A DNA stretch of 64,000 bases. It comes from an uncultured Planctomycetia bacterium. Lineage in GTDB: Bacteria > Planctomycetota > UBA8108 > UBA1146. The notes under the pieces were generated by a model that had not been told where the DNA came from, did not search any database, and saw only the letters and a list, made by a program, of their open reading frames with translations. Position 1 is the stretch's first letter. Each line of letters opens with the position of its first letter. Of the stretch, positions 8,214 through 17,792 are shown piece after piece. The stretch lies in assembly GCA_964412635.1 (NCBI GenBank), contig CAYPPQ010000005.1, positions 8,179 through 72,178 of the forward strand, read 5' to 3'. The position numbers and the translations under genes were made by a program.

Positions 8214-10340
8214 TCACTCCGACTGGATCTCCACCACCTCTTCGATCACTTCACCGTCCAGCACCATGGCGGTGAAGGGGTCGACGGGGAGGAATCCATT
8301 CAGATCTGGAATCACTACCAGGTATTGACCGGGTTCACTGACCAGAATGCGATAACCATTGCCGGTCCTTCCTCGAGTGACTACCGCTCCATCGTGGCCG
8401 ATCGCTTCGACCGATGGATGCCAGGCGAGATCCCAGGGAACCGATGTTCCTGCTTCCTCGAGATACAACCTCATCCCCACTGCTGGCTCCAGTTCGAGAA
8501 CGAATTCATTGGGGCCTTGCAAGGTGACTTCGACTTGCTGATGGGTAGGCCGATAGTTCACATCGGAACAGGAAATGATCATGTTTCCGACCGGAGCCTG
8601 GAACATGAACAGGCCATTGACGCCGGATCCGACGGGAACCGCCCCGGCTCCAGGAGTACCTGGTGGTCGAACCGGTGCCCAGCGGATCAAGCTGGGAAAT
8701 GCATTCCCCGATCCATCTTCCAGGACCGCCTGCACCGTGACATCCACTGCCGCAGGCAATTCGATACTGGCATCGAGCAGGCCATCTTCGGTTACCTCGA
8801 AGAGGCCACCGACCCCCACCGGGAGAACCAGGATACTGAAGGTGCCAGGCTTCACCTGGACCGGGCCCCACTCCCACAAGAAACCTCCAGCGACGGAGGT
8901 ACTCTGCATGGTGTTGCTGTACACCTCGATGGTGTCGTTGATCGGATCGGTTCCCGGTCCGGTGGGACGCACTCGCACCGAGAAGTTCTCGAGATCCCAT
9001 CCTTCCGGAATGTAGACGGACCCGGCCAGGTCGACACGCTCCTCGTCATCGAGGGGAATCTCCAGTTCCAGATCGAGAAGACCCTCTGCTTCCAGATCGA
9101 AGGCGACTTCATCAAAGACCTCTGGTTGATGTGCCCAGTGCCCTGATTCCAGCGTGGCGGTCCAGGAGCCCGGGAGCAATCCCTCTAGCAACTTCTCCGT
9201 GACCCCGGTGACGGGGATCTCGGAGTGGGGGGATCCGATTCTTCCTTGCTCGCGAATCCGCAGGACCACACCCTCTCGCTCGACATCTCCAAAGATGCGG
9301 ATCATCGTCGATCCGCTCCTCTCAAGACTCAGTTCCCGCTCACCACCTGCCACCAGGTCCACCGTGATCCGTCGCCACTGATGTCCTGCGGCCCTGGCAT
9401 GAATCGCAACGGCAGAACCGATCGATCCGATTCGACCATCGAGCGCCACTGGACTCTCATCCGTGACGATCTGTGCATCCTGAGGCAAACTCCAGCCGGG
9501 ATGCGGAAGAGAACTCCTCGAATAATCCTGAACCCGGATCACTTCGATGTTGGTGAGGGGCTCCCCCGTTTCTGCAGATCTCAGGTGCAACATCGTCAAG
9601 GCGTCGTATCGAATGATGATTCGCAGATTGCCGGCGGCGCTGGCACGAATCGCACCCGATGGTGCAACCACTCTCGCAGGACGAGTCGCGAGGACCGCCC
9701 CGAAGAACTCGATCGTTCCGTTCTTGTCGATCAGCGTGTTGAACCTGCCGCCAGAGACAGGAATCGACCTCGAGCCTGCTGCGGTGCCGATCTGCAACTG
9801 TCCGGAGACCTGGAGAAGTGATGCAGGAGCCTCCTCCAGCACGAGTTCCCCCATCACCCTGGCCATCCCATCGGGAACCGGTTGCTGGGAACCTCTTCCG
9901 TTCGGATTACTCGATCCCCTGCCGTTTCTGGAACCGGTGGATCCGTTACTTCCGCGGCGATCTCCACCGTCATCCCGTGAAGCGTTTCCTTGCTGGTCGA
10001 TTCCTGGTTCGCTTCTTCCTCCTGAAGATGGATCGTTGGTCCGGGCGGCGTTACCGCTCTCGTCACCGAAGCGTCTCGCATTCCCATCGGGACCGGAGTC
10101 GGAACCACCGCCACTGCGGGCACTACTGCTTCCGTTGCCAGATGTTCCTGAAGTTCGAGATGACCCGGAACCGGGCAGATCGATACCGGGGTCACCACCG
10201 TCGTCGACTCCCGCCACGCCACTGCCCACGCCCTCCGGTATATCGCTGAAGCCAGGTCCATCGTCGGAGAGGAGTATCACCATCACCAGGACGATGATCA
10301 GCATGATAGAGGCGGTGATGATCAGGATGCGCGGATTCAA
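8214..10340 (-). CDS. Hypothetical signal-anchored protein with a long Gly/Ser/Asn/Arg/Asp-rich disordered linker and a beta-rich C-terminal domain
   Basis: TTG start with a GAGGAG SD 8 nt upstream. N-terminal TM helix (ILIITASIMLIIVLVMVILL) followed by about 150 aa of low complexity (SGSSRTSGTSGNGSSSARSGGGSDSGPDGNARR...). Confidence 0.55.
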   Translation of the reverse strand: MNPRILIITASIMLIIVLVMVILLSDDGPGFSDIPEGVGSGVAGVDDGGDPGIDLPGSGSSRTSGTSGNGSSSARSGGGSDSGPDGNARRFGDESGNAARTNDPSSGGRSEPGIDQQGNASRDDGGDRRGSNGSTGSRNGRGSSNPNGRGSQQPVPDGMARVMGELVLEEAPASLLQVSGQLQIGTAAGSRSIPVSGGRFNTLIDKNGTIEFFGAVLATRPARVVAPSGAIRASAAGNLRIIIRYDALTMLHLRSAETGEPLTNIEVIRVQDYSRSSLPHPGWSLPQDAQIVTDESPVALDGRIGSIGSAVAIHARAAGHQWRRITVDLVAGGERELSLERSGSTMIRIFGDVEREGVVLRIREQGRIGSPHSEIPVTGVTEKLLEGLLPGSWTATLESGHWAHQPEVFDEVAFDLEAEGLLDLELEIPLDDEERVDLAGSVYIPEGWDLENFSVRVRPTGPGTDPINDTIEVYSNTMQSTSVAGGFLWEWGPVQVKPGTFSILVLPVGVGGLFEVTEDGLLDASIELPAAVDVTVQAVLEDGSGNAFPSLIRWAPVRPPGTPGAGAVPVGSGVNGLFMFQAPVGNMIISCSDVNYRPTHQQVEVTLQGPNEFVLELEPAVGMRLYLEEAGTSVPWDLAWHPSVEAIGHDGAVVTRGRTGNGYRILVSEPGQYLVVIPDLNGFLPVDPFTAMVLDGEVIEEVVEIQSE

Positions 10341-10392
10341 GGAGATCTCCTCGTGGACGGGTGCGGGGTCATCTTATTGTACCCTTCGACTC

Positions 10393-13305
10393 TCAATTGT
10401 CAGGCCCATGAGATTTGAAGAAATTCAACTGATCACCCTCGCGAATCAACCGGGAAACAATACCTTTTTTCAGGTCAATCGACATCTTCTTTCCCGAATC
10501 CTCCAGCGTCAATGACACATCTCTTTTCGGGTGAAGTGTCAACTCCTGCACCTTGTGATCTTCCCACCGAAGCGAGACCTCGACCCCAAATCGGGTACGG
10601 AGTCCGTGACAAGATCCTTTACTCCAGGCGGGGGGAAGAGCCGGCAGCAGCTGCAGCATCGAGCCATGCGATTGCAGCAGTGCTTCGGCGACGCCAGCGG
10701 TGGCACCGAAATTCCCATCGATCTGGAAGGGAGGATGATCATCGAGAAGATTGGGCAAGGTCGACCTGGCAAGTTGCAGTTGAAGACTCTCCTGAACCTT
10801 CTTCCCATCCCCCAACCTGGCAAAGAAATTTAGCAACCATGCTCGACTCCAACCGGTGTGTCCTCCTCCATGAGAGAGTCGATACTCGATGGAACGGCGT
10901 GCCGCTTCGATCAGATCGGGAGTATCTATCCGGTTCCACTCCTCGCCGGGATACAGGGCGTAAAGGTGGCTGATGTGGCGATGTCCAGGTTCAACCTCCT
11001 GCCACGGTCTTGACCATTCCATGATCCTTCCGTCACTACCGATGCTGGTCGTGGCAAGATTGCCCAGGGCGGCCCTGACCGCAGCGACCACTTCATCGTC
11101 GATCTCGAGGATCTCTGCACTGGAGAGGGTCATGGTGAACAGGTCTCGGATGATTTGCTGGTCCATCGCATTGCCCATGCCCACATCTGCGGTCTGCCCA
11201 TCGGGAGTACGGTAGGAGTTTTCCGGTGAAGATGAGGGACCACTGACCAGTTCACCCGTCACTGGATCCTTCACCAGGTAATCGCAGAAGAACTCGCTTG
11301 CTCCTCGAAGTACCGGCCATGCCCGTTCGCGCAAGAACTCCTCATCGCCACCGTACTGGTAATGCTCCCACAGATGTCTGCACAACCATGCTCCTCCCAG
11401 GGGCCACATCCCCCATACGGTCCTTCCGATGGGAACGGTGAATGCATGAACATCACTGGTATGGTGTGCGACCCAACCGGGAGCATCGTAGAGTTCGCTC
11501 GCCGTCTCTTCTCCTCGTACCACGAGTTTCTCGATGAAGTCGAAGAGCGGTTCATGACACTCCGCCAGATTGGTGACCTCCGCCGGCCAGTAGTTCATCT
11601 GCAAGTTGATGTTGATGTGATAGTCAGCATTCCATGGAGCGGCGATGTGAGGACTCCAGATCCCCTGCAGATTGGCGGGCAATGCTCCCCGCCTCGATGA
11701 CGAGATCAGTAGATATCTCCCGAACTGGAAGAAGGTAGCGATCAGATCCCGGTCCTCATCTCCATTGCGCACCGAGGCCAGCCTGACATCGGTGGGGATC
11801 GACCGTTTCGACTCTCCACCGAGATCGATGGATACTCTCGACATCAACGCCCTGTGATCGGCTCCCTGAACCGTCCTCAACTTCTCGTACATCCCCCGGG
11901 GATCGATGGGATCGGCGCTGGCGAAGTGGAGATTCTGTAACAACTTCTCATCGAGACCCTGATCGGCAGCACTGTCGGCGGTGATGAGGATCAGCACCGA
12001 ATCGGCACCGATCACGGAGATTTTCTGACCGCTCGTCTTCAACAACCCACCTGCAGTGACGACACTCATCTGGCATTCGAAAAACGATCCGGGATGCTCA
12101 TCGCCATGGGAGGCACGGCCACCAAACCTGACCCATGCGCGATTCCCGTCGACACGGATCGGTTCAAGAATCTTTCCATTCACCTGCCGAGACAGTCCCA
12201 CATCGATGGAAATCGACGCTGGCTGATCCGCATCGAGTAGCGTGGCGAGGCACTCATCAGGCTTGCTGGCAATTACCCTTCGGCGATATTGAACACCCTT
12301 CGAGTCATACTCGATGGTGACCTCCGCCTCGTCGAGATCGAGCCAGCGGCGATAATCACGCAACTCGGAGAGACCTGACTGATCGATCTCGAGATCCGCC
12401 AGCGTCTGGTACGAGCGGGTCCAGCGAGGAGACATGAATTCCTTCTGGACCAGTTTCTGCGCCTCCACCACCTCGCCCTCGAAGATCAACTCGCGGGCCC
12501 GATCCAGATGTACGTGAGCCCCCCGACGAACTCTACGGGCGGGAGATCCCGCCCAGATTCCATCTTCGTTGAGCTGGATCTTCCACTTACGGGGTTCGCC
12601 GTAGACCATTCCACCGAGCCGACCATTGCCCACCGGCAGTCCACGAGTCCACTCACTACCGGCAGGATCTCGATACCAGATCAGGTGGTCCCCCTCCGGT
12701 CGCTTCGCCAGTCCCAGCGTACGCAGTGCGCCGCCGGGACCGGTGGCACCCTCCCCTTGCGTCGCAAGGTACTGTCGAGCGAGCAGCGTCGCCTGCAGAG
12801 AACCGACAGGAACTGGCCAGTCCTTCCAGGATGGGTCATCTCCCCTTCGCCCCAGCCAGGTTCCGCCGTCCAGCGGTAGCTTCCCATCGGGACCGAGAAG
12901 AAAGACGCTGCCCGATGTGATGCCGCCATTACCGCCGGTATCGACGACACGGATTGCGATGAGGTTGGCTCCCGGAACGACCAGCTGTCCCGGAATCGTG
13001 TAACGACGATCGTTGTTCCAGCCCTTGCCCTCACCGATCTTTTCGCCGTTGAAATAGGTCTGATCCTGATCATCGATTCCCCCGGCATGGAGGACCAGGT
13101 CCTCTCCCACCCACGTCTCCGGGAGGATCACGTAAGCCTTCAGCCATGCCGTGCCGTCGTAGGCACCGAAGCTCTTCTCCCACGCACCGACCACCTCCAC
13201 CGGGGTCCAGCCCTCTTCCACATCGAGAGATCTGGCGGTGATGTTGTCGACGGGAATGAAGAACGAGAAAGAGAGCAGGACCGAAAGCAGCTTCATCGAT
13301 GACAT
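10393..13305 (-). CDS. Glycoside hydrolase family 95-like (alpha-L-fucosidase family) with an N-terminal galactose-binding-like domain
   Basis: GGAGGA SD followed by ATG (MSSMKLLSVLLSFSFF, signal peptide). N-terminal jelly-roll-like region (WLKAYVILPETWVGEDLVLHAGGIDDQDQTYFNGEKIG). Catalytic-region motif WNADYHININLQMNYWPAEVTNL resembles the GH95 (alpha/alpha)6 domain signature. Confidence 0.65.
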   Translation of the reverse strand: MSSMKLLSVLLSFSFFIPVDNITARSLDVEEGWTPVEVVGAWEKSFGAYDGTAWLKAYVILPETWVGEDLVLHAGGIDDQDQTYFNGEKIGEGKGWNNDRRYTIPGQLVVPGANLIAIRVVDTGGNGGITSGSVFLLGPDGKLPLDGGTWLGRRGDDPSWKDWPVPVGSLQATLLARQYLATQGEGATGPGGALRTLGLAKRPEGDHLIWYRDPAGSEWTRGLPVGNGRLGGMVYGEPRKWKIQLNEDGIWAGSPARRVRRGAHVHLDRARELIFEGEVVEAQKLVQKEFMSPRWTRSYQTLADLEIDQSGLSELRDYRRWLDLDEAEVTIEYDSKGVQYRRRVIASKPDECLATLLDADQPASISIDVGLSRQVNGKILEPIRVDGNRAWVRFGGRASHGDEHPGSFFECQMSVVTAGGLLKTSGQKISVIGADSVLILITADSAADQGLDEKLLQNLHFASADPIDPRGMYEKLRTVQGADHRALMSRVSIDLGGESKRSIPTDVRLASVRNGDEDRDLIATFFQFGRYLLISSSRRGALPANLQGIWSPHIAAPWNADYHININLQMNYWPAEVTNLAECHEPLFDFIEKLVVRGEETASELYDAPGWVAHHTSDVHAFTVPIGRTVWGMWPLGGAWLCRHLWEHYQYGGDEEFLRERAWPVLRGASEFFCDYLVKDPVTGELVSGPSSSPENSYRTPDGQTADVGMGNAMDQQIIRDLFTMTLSSAEILEIDDEVVAAVRAALGNLATTSIGSDGRIMEWSRPWQEVEPGHRHISHLYALYPGEEWNRIDTPDLIEAARRSIEYRLSHGGGHTGWSRAWLLNFFARLGDGKKVQESLQLQLARSTLPNLLDDHPPFQIDGNFGATAGVAEALLQSHGSMLQLLPALPPAWSKGSCHGLRTRFGVEVSLRWEDHKVQELTLHPKRDVSLTLEDSGKKMSIDLKKGIVSRLIREGDQLNFFKSHGPDN

Positions 13306-13391
13306 GATTCCTCCTACGGCTGACAGGATGCACCTCACTGGCGAGGGTTCCAAGCCCCTGTGACGGCATTCTCGAGGAGAAGGTCTTCTTG

Positions 13392-13432
13392 CAAAAAAAG
13401 GAGGTCCAGACACCTCGGTGTCTGGACCTCCT
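13392..13432 (-). terminator. Rho-independent terminator of the thioredoxin-like gene
   Basis: Perfect 15-bp stem GGAGGTCCAGACACC / GGTGTCTGGACCTCC with a 3-nt loop, followed on the minus strand by T7 (A7 on the plus strand at 13393-13399). Confidence 0.75.
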
Positions 13433-13487
13433 CGCTCGATCCGACGAATCAGTTGCGCTTCATAGACTATGAAGCGTACTTGACCGT

Positions 13488-14039
13488 TCAGCCGTACGGC
13501 TTCGTCCGAGGTGTCGACACCTCCTTGTTGGCAAGAATCTCATCGAGAGCCTTCTTGACGTAGTTCTCACCGGATCGACGGTTGTCGAATGCTCCCTGGT
13601 AGAGAATCTTGTCATTCTTCAGGATGAAAACATGAGGAGTTCGCTTGGCTCCAAATTTCTTTCCAACCTTGCCGTTGAAGTCGGTCAGGATCTGATGCTT
13701 GACCTCGTACTGCTTGCTGAACTTCTTGAGTCCCTCGACGGTATTGAACTTGGTCGAGCAGACACCAAACCACTGGACTCCCTTGCCCTTGTACTCCGCC
13801 GCCAGGTTTTGCACTTTTTTCGTCTGGTACAACGGCTTTACCGCCGGGCATCCTGACTCGGTCCATTCCAGTACGATGATCTTGTCCTTCAGACTCTCCG
13901 AGTTCACCGACTTTCCTTCGAGGTCAGTCAACGTGAAGTTGTACTTGGAGGTCTCCTTGGTCTTCTCATCCCCTGCTTGGAGGAAACCTACTGCGGTGAA
14001 ACAGAGGGCAATCGTGAGAATCGTTGCGACGCTCTTCAT
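13488..14039 (-). CDS. Thioredoxin-fold protein (redoxin/TlpA-like), secreted
   Basis: Start at MKSVATILTIALCFTAVGF (signal peptide), with AAGGA 9 nt upstream. Thioredoxin-like core (IIVLEWTESGCPAV ... KRTPHVFIL). Lys-rich, and its GC content is clearly lower than the flanking DNA. Confidence 0.65.
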   Translation of the reverse strand: MKSVATILTIALCFTAVGFLQAGDEKTKETSKYNFTLTDLEGKSVNSESLKDKIIVLEWTESGCPAVKPLYQTKKVQNLAAEYKGKGVQWFGVCSTKFNTVEGLKKFSKQYEVKHQILTDFNGKVGKKFGAKRTPHVFILKNDKILYQGAFDNRRSGENYVKKALDEILANKEVSTPRTKPYG

Positions 14040-14092
14040 CGGCCGCATCCTTTCAGGTTGCAAGATCCTGTGTGGATCCTGATCAGTGGAAA

Positions 14093-15073
14093 CTATTTCT
14101 GTTGTTCAGGCACACCCTTGATGGTGATCGCCGGAAATCCGGGAACCGGCCCCTTGGCCTTTCCTGGACTGGGTACCAGTGTGACACCCAGCATCGATGG
14201 ATGGAACCCCACCCCCAGCTCTGACAGGTCGAATCGCACCTCCCAGCGGGAACTACCCGGGATACTGGAGTCCTGAGTCCCGGTCCTCACCGAAGCCTCG
14301 GAGATCAGACCCGCCTCGATGCCATGAGGGTATGCAAGCCAGCGTACCGGAACCGCAGGGCGACGATCGTCCCCCTTGCGAGACCAGCGAACCACCCAGG
14401 TCCCCGAGCGCACCACTCCATCGGTCTCGGCGGGAATCCACTGCTGGGTCGATTGGAAGCCCCTCGCCCTGTGGAGAGGGATGGGATAACGGTCGGACCA
14501 TCTCTTCAAGATGGCTGCGCCCTTGCCGCGGATCGATGTCGTTCCACGGTTCACCTTCACGGTCGCTTCACTCTCACCGTAGATGCAGGTGCTCTTGCAA
14601 ACCTGCCAGATCACCTTCAATGCCAGTTCGACAGCAGCCGATTCTGAAGAGCTCTCCTTTGCCGGATGAATTCGATAGCGAAGCAAGAACGGTTCCTTGT
14701 AACCGATCGCCACCAGGTTTCCCGCTTCCACCATTCGCTGCGGCACCGGAAAGTCGGGACCGGTCACCGTCCACCTGTCTGGAAGGGTCCAGATCGCCTC
14801 CGGCGCATCGCCGCCATCTCGAGAAGAATGCCAGTACCCGTGCCAACCCTCCACCGGTCGGATCATCACTCCGACCTCGAAAGCAGTTCCCGGCTGGAAG
14901 GTCGTGACCTCGCTGAAGATCTCGATGGAGCAGGGATCTTGCTCCTCCAGTTCATCGAGAATTCCACCCTGCCCCGTCACCGGAACTGCCATCAGCATCA
15001 GGGAAAAGAGAAGTGCCCAGTGGAGGAACTTCGCCTCCGGCGAGGCATCGGTTTGGCAGGTTTCCATCTTCAT
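14093..15073 (-). CDS. Secreted protein, possibly DsbD N-terminal-domain-like (thiol:disulfide interchange partner of the downstream thioredoxin-fold gene)
   Basis: GGAG SD followed by ATG (MKMETCQ...). Signal peptide (HWALLFSLMLMAVPVTG). Motifs GWHGYWHSS and WQVCKSTCIYGE. Lies 30 bp upstream of the thioredoxin-fold gene on the same strand. Confidence 0.4.
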   Translation of the reverse strand: MKMETCQTDASPEAKFLHWALLFSLMLMAVPVTGQGGILDELEEQDPCSIEIFSEVTTFQPGTAFEVGVMIRPVEGWHGYWHSSRDGGDAPEAIWTLPDRWTVTGPDFPVPQRMVEAGNLVAIGYKEPFLLRYRIHPAKESSSESAAVELALKVIWQVCKSTCIYGESEATVKVNRGTTSIRGKGAAILKRWSDRYPIPLHRARGFQSTQQWIPAETDGVVRSGTWVVRWSRKGDDRRPAVPVRWLAYPHGIEAGLISEASVRTGTQDSSIPGSSRWEVRFDLSELGVGFHPSMLGVTLVPSPGKAKGPVPGFPAITIKGVPEQQK

Positions 15074-15186
15074 CTTGGAACTCCATCGGATATCGGATCT
15101 TTGGCGGCGCGAACTGCTCACACGAACTCCCGTACTGTAGCATGATCTGAAGATACTGGCTGTATCGTTGCCACGGTGGAGGATTG

Positions 15187-16002
15187 ATGTCACAAACCAG
15201 TTCCAGGCCACCAGCGATTCGCTGGCTCATCAAGTTGATCAGCCTCGGCTGTTTCTTGCTGGTGAGTGGCTGGGTACTGGAACAACGGATGATCTTCGTC
15301 CCCTGGCAAGAGTGGGCCACCCCCGCTCCCGCCGGTGCCCAGGTGGTCGAGTTCGAGAACGACCGGGGACAGCGCCTGTCCGCAACCTGGTTCCCTGCCG
15401 ACAGATCCTCTCCTGTCATCCTGTTGTGCCACGGCAACGGTGGAAACATCTCGCACCGTTTTTCCTTCGCCACCTTCTGGCAATCGCAGGGGTACTCGGT
15501 CCTGCTCTTTGACTACCGCGGCTTCGGCAAGTCGGAGGGATTCCCGACCGAGTCTGGCATCATCTCCGATTCACGTCATGCGCTGGGGATGGCTCGACAG
15601 CTGTCAGAAGGATCGATCATCGTCTACGGAAGAAGTCTCGGTTCGGTACCCGCCTGCGTACTGGCGGTCGAGGAGGATGTACAGGGACTCATCCTCGACT
15701 CGCCCCTACTCGACGGACCTTCCATCGCCAACGCCATGATGCCAGTGAAGGGACTGGGACAGTTGATGCGGTATCGACTCGACAACTCGGGAAGGATCGC
15801 CTCGATCACCTGTCCCCTGCTGATCATTCATGGCGATGCCGATCAACTCGTGCCCCATCAGCAGGGTGAAAGACTCCACCAACTGGCACCGCAACCGAAG
15901 CGTCTGGTGACGGTCCCCGGCGGCAGGCACAACGACTCCCGCAACATAGGAGTCGCACGCCAAGCCATCGGTGAATTCCTCACCGACCTCTCATCCAGGT
16001 GA
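15187..16002 (+). CDS. Alpha/beta-fold hydrolase (S9/BEM46-like)
   Basis: GGAGG SD followed by ATG. N-terminal TM segment. HGNGGN, nucleophile elbow GRSLGS and C-terminal HGDAD motifs. Confidence 0.8.
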   Translation: MSQTSSRPPAIRWLIKLISLGCFLLVSGWVLEQRMIFVPWQEWATPAPAGAQVVEFENDRGQRLSATWFPADRSSPVILLCHGNGGNISHRFSFATFWQSQGYSVLLFDYRGFGKSEGFPTESGIISDSRHALGMARQLSEGSIIVYGRSLGSVPACVLAVEEDVQGLILDSPLLDGPSIANAMMPVKGLGQLMRYRLDNSGRIASITCPLLIIHGDADQLVPHQQGERLHQLAPQPKRLVTVPGGRHNDSRNIGVARQAIGEFLTDLSSR

Positions 16003-16012
16003 CCGCAGTCCA

Positions 16013-16909
16013 CTACCAGACGTCCGCCGCCTTGACCCGCTCCGTCGCCCTCTGCTCATTGCCGCTCGGAGAGCATTCCAGCCCGATGTAATCGCGGTAG
16101 CCCAGATCCCATGCTTCCTTGAAGACCCGTGCATAGTTGATCTCGCCGGTGCCTGGCTCACGACGGCCCGGATTGTCCGCGAGTTGCAGGTAACCCACCT
16201 GGTCCCAACCCTCTCTCAATCGACGACACAGATCTCCCTCGGTGATCTGCATGTGATAGAGATCCCAGTTGATCTTCACCATCGGTGAGTTCACTTCACG
16301 GCAGATGCGAACGGTCGGCGCACTACCGTAGAGACAGTGGCCCTGGTGGTCGACACGGATATTCATCGGTTCGAGGATCAACATCACTCCTGCATCCTCC
16401 GCCATCGGAGCGACACGCTTGAGTCCAGTGATGATGTTCTCGTGCATCTGTTCCTGGGTCATGCCTGGCTGATCATTGCCGCCGATCACCGTCATCTTGC
16501 GAGCCTTGATCTTCTTGGCGGTCTCGATGGAGGCGGCGATCTCCTTCTCCATCCGGTCATGATTCTTCGGGTCATTCATCCCCGGGGTGAACCCCCAGGC
16601 GGTGAACTGGGCCACCTCGACGCCGGTTTCATCACACGCCTTGACGATCTCGTCGAGGTTCTTCCCCCTCCACGGCCACATCTCGACCGCCGGATAACCC
16701 AGCTTCGCTGCGGCACGGATGCGATCCTGGTGCGGGCCACCTCCCAGTCCCCACATCTCGATGTTGACCGCAAAGCGAGTCTTGCCCCACGGCAGGGGAA
16801 TCGCCCCGTCATCGCCATCGCTCGAGGTTGCTGCTCGGGCAGCCCCTGTCGTACTCAGTGCTGCAAGAGCAGCGGCGGATGTGAGAAAGTTGCGTCGATC
16901 GATGCTCAT
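16013..16909 (-). CDS. Sugar phosphate isomerase/epimerase (xylose isomerase-like TIM barrel) with Tat signal
   Basis: GGAAAGGA SD followed by ATG. Tat motif SIDRRNFLTSAAALAALS. TIM-barrel family motifs (VEMWPW..., HMQITEGDL). Confidence 0.75.
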   Translation of the reverse strand: MSIDRRNFLTSAAALAALSTTGAARAATSSDGDDGAIPLPWGKTRFAVNIEMWGLGGGPHQDRIRAAAKLGYPAVEMWPWRGKNLDEIVKACDETGVEVAQFTAWGFTPGMNDPKNHDRMEKEIAASIETAKKIKARKMTVIGGNDQPGMTQEQMHENIITGLKRVAPMAEDAGVMLILEPMNIRVDHQGHCLYGSAPTVRICREVNSPMVKINWDLYHMQITEGDLCRRLREGWDQVGYLQLADNPGRREPGTGEINYARVFKEAWDLGYRDYIGLECSPSGNEQRATERVKAADVW

Positions 16910-17005
16910 CGAAATATCCTTTCCGATCGCCTCAAAGACCTGCCGCTCTTGCGATCGTTCCATGGAAGTGATTCACGGTCCCGATCGGGGGCGGAAGCTC
17001 TCCGA

Positions 17006-17788
17006 TCAGAACTGGTAGTCGCGCCCAGGCTCCATCACCTCGACACCTGGAAGTTCCATCGCTGCCAGTTCCTTCACCGTTTCTTCACGCTGATTCGGCT
17101 TGAGATGCACGGCGAGAAACTTCAGACGATCGGGATCGGCTGCCTTGGCACGATCGGCCCGGAACGTCTCCGGAGTCAGATGTTTCGAAACATCAGCGAG
17201 CCACTGCAGGCGATTGGGAAAGGACGCTTCCAGCACCACCGTCGTCAGATTTTTTGTCTCGTCACATCGTTTCCAGATCTCCTCGGTAGGTCCGGTATCG
17301 GTAACGATGGCACAGGAACTGCCATCCCCCTCGACGATGTAGGCCACCGTATCGACGATGTGGTCGACGGGGATCGGCGTGATCCGCATTCCATCCACTT
17401 CGATGGCAACTCGCTCCTCGATCTCCTGCAGTTCCAGCAGATCGAGACCGGTCTCTGCGCTGATCCGGAAGAAGTCAGGCCAGTGTCGATCGTTGAAGAT
17501 GTCCTCACGAAGGCTCGTGGCCGTCGCTCTGGTCGCGTAGATGGTCACCTTTTGCTTCGATGTGGAGTCCTCTCCGAAGTGTGCATCGAGAAACATAGGC
17601 AAGCTCGCCACGTGATCGCTATGAGAATGGGTGATGAAAACATGCTTCACCTGCAGTTGCTGCTGGAGAGCAGCATGGAATCCGATGCTCCCTGCATCGA
17701 TGCAGATGTTGTCGCCGATCAGGTAGGAACTGAGTAGTTGATCGGGGGTATCTCCCGCCACTGTCGATGGAACTAGCTGGAGTCGCAA
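17006..17788 (-). CDS. MBL-fold class II 3',5'-cyclic-nucleotide phosphodiesterase (CpdP-like)
   Basis: ITHSHSDHVASLPMFLDAH matches the class II cAMP-PDE signature HxHxDH[LIVM]x[GS]. TTG start 4 nt after the stop of the upstream cNMP-binding gene. Confidence 0.6.
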   Translation of the reverse strand: MRLQLVPSTVAGDTPDQLLSSYLIGDNICIDAGSIGFHAALQQQLQVKHVFITHSHSDHVASLPMFLDAHFGEDSTSKQKVTIYATRATATSLREDIFNDRHWPDFFRISAETGLDLLELQEIEERVAIEVDGMRITPIPVDHIVDTVAYIVEGDGSSCAIVTDTGPTEEIWKRCDETKNLTTVVLEASFPNRLQWLADVSKHLTPETFRADRAKAADPDRLKFLAVHLKPNQREETVKELAAMELPGVEVMEPGRDYQF

Positions 17789-17792
17789 GGTA

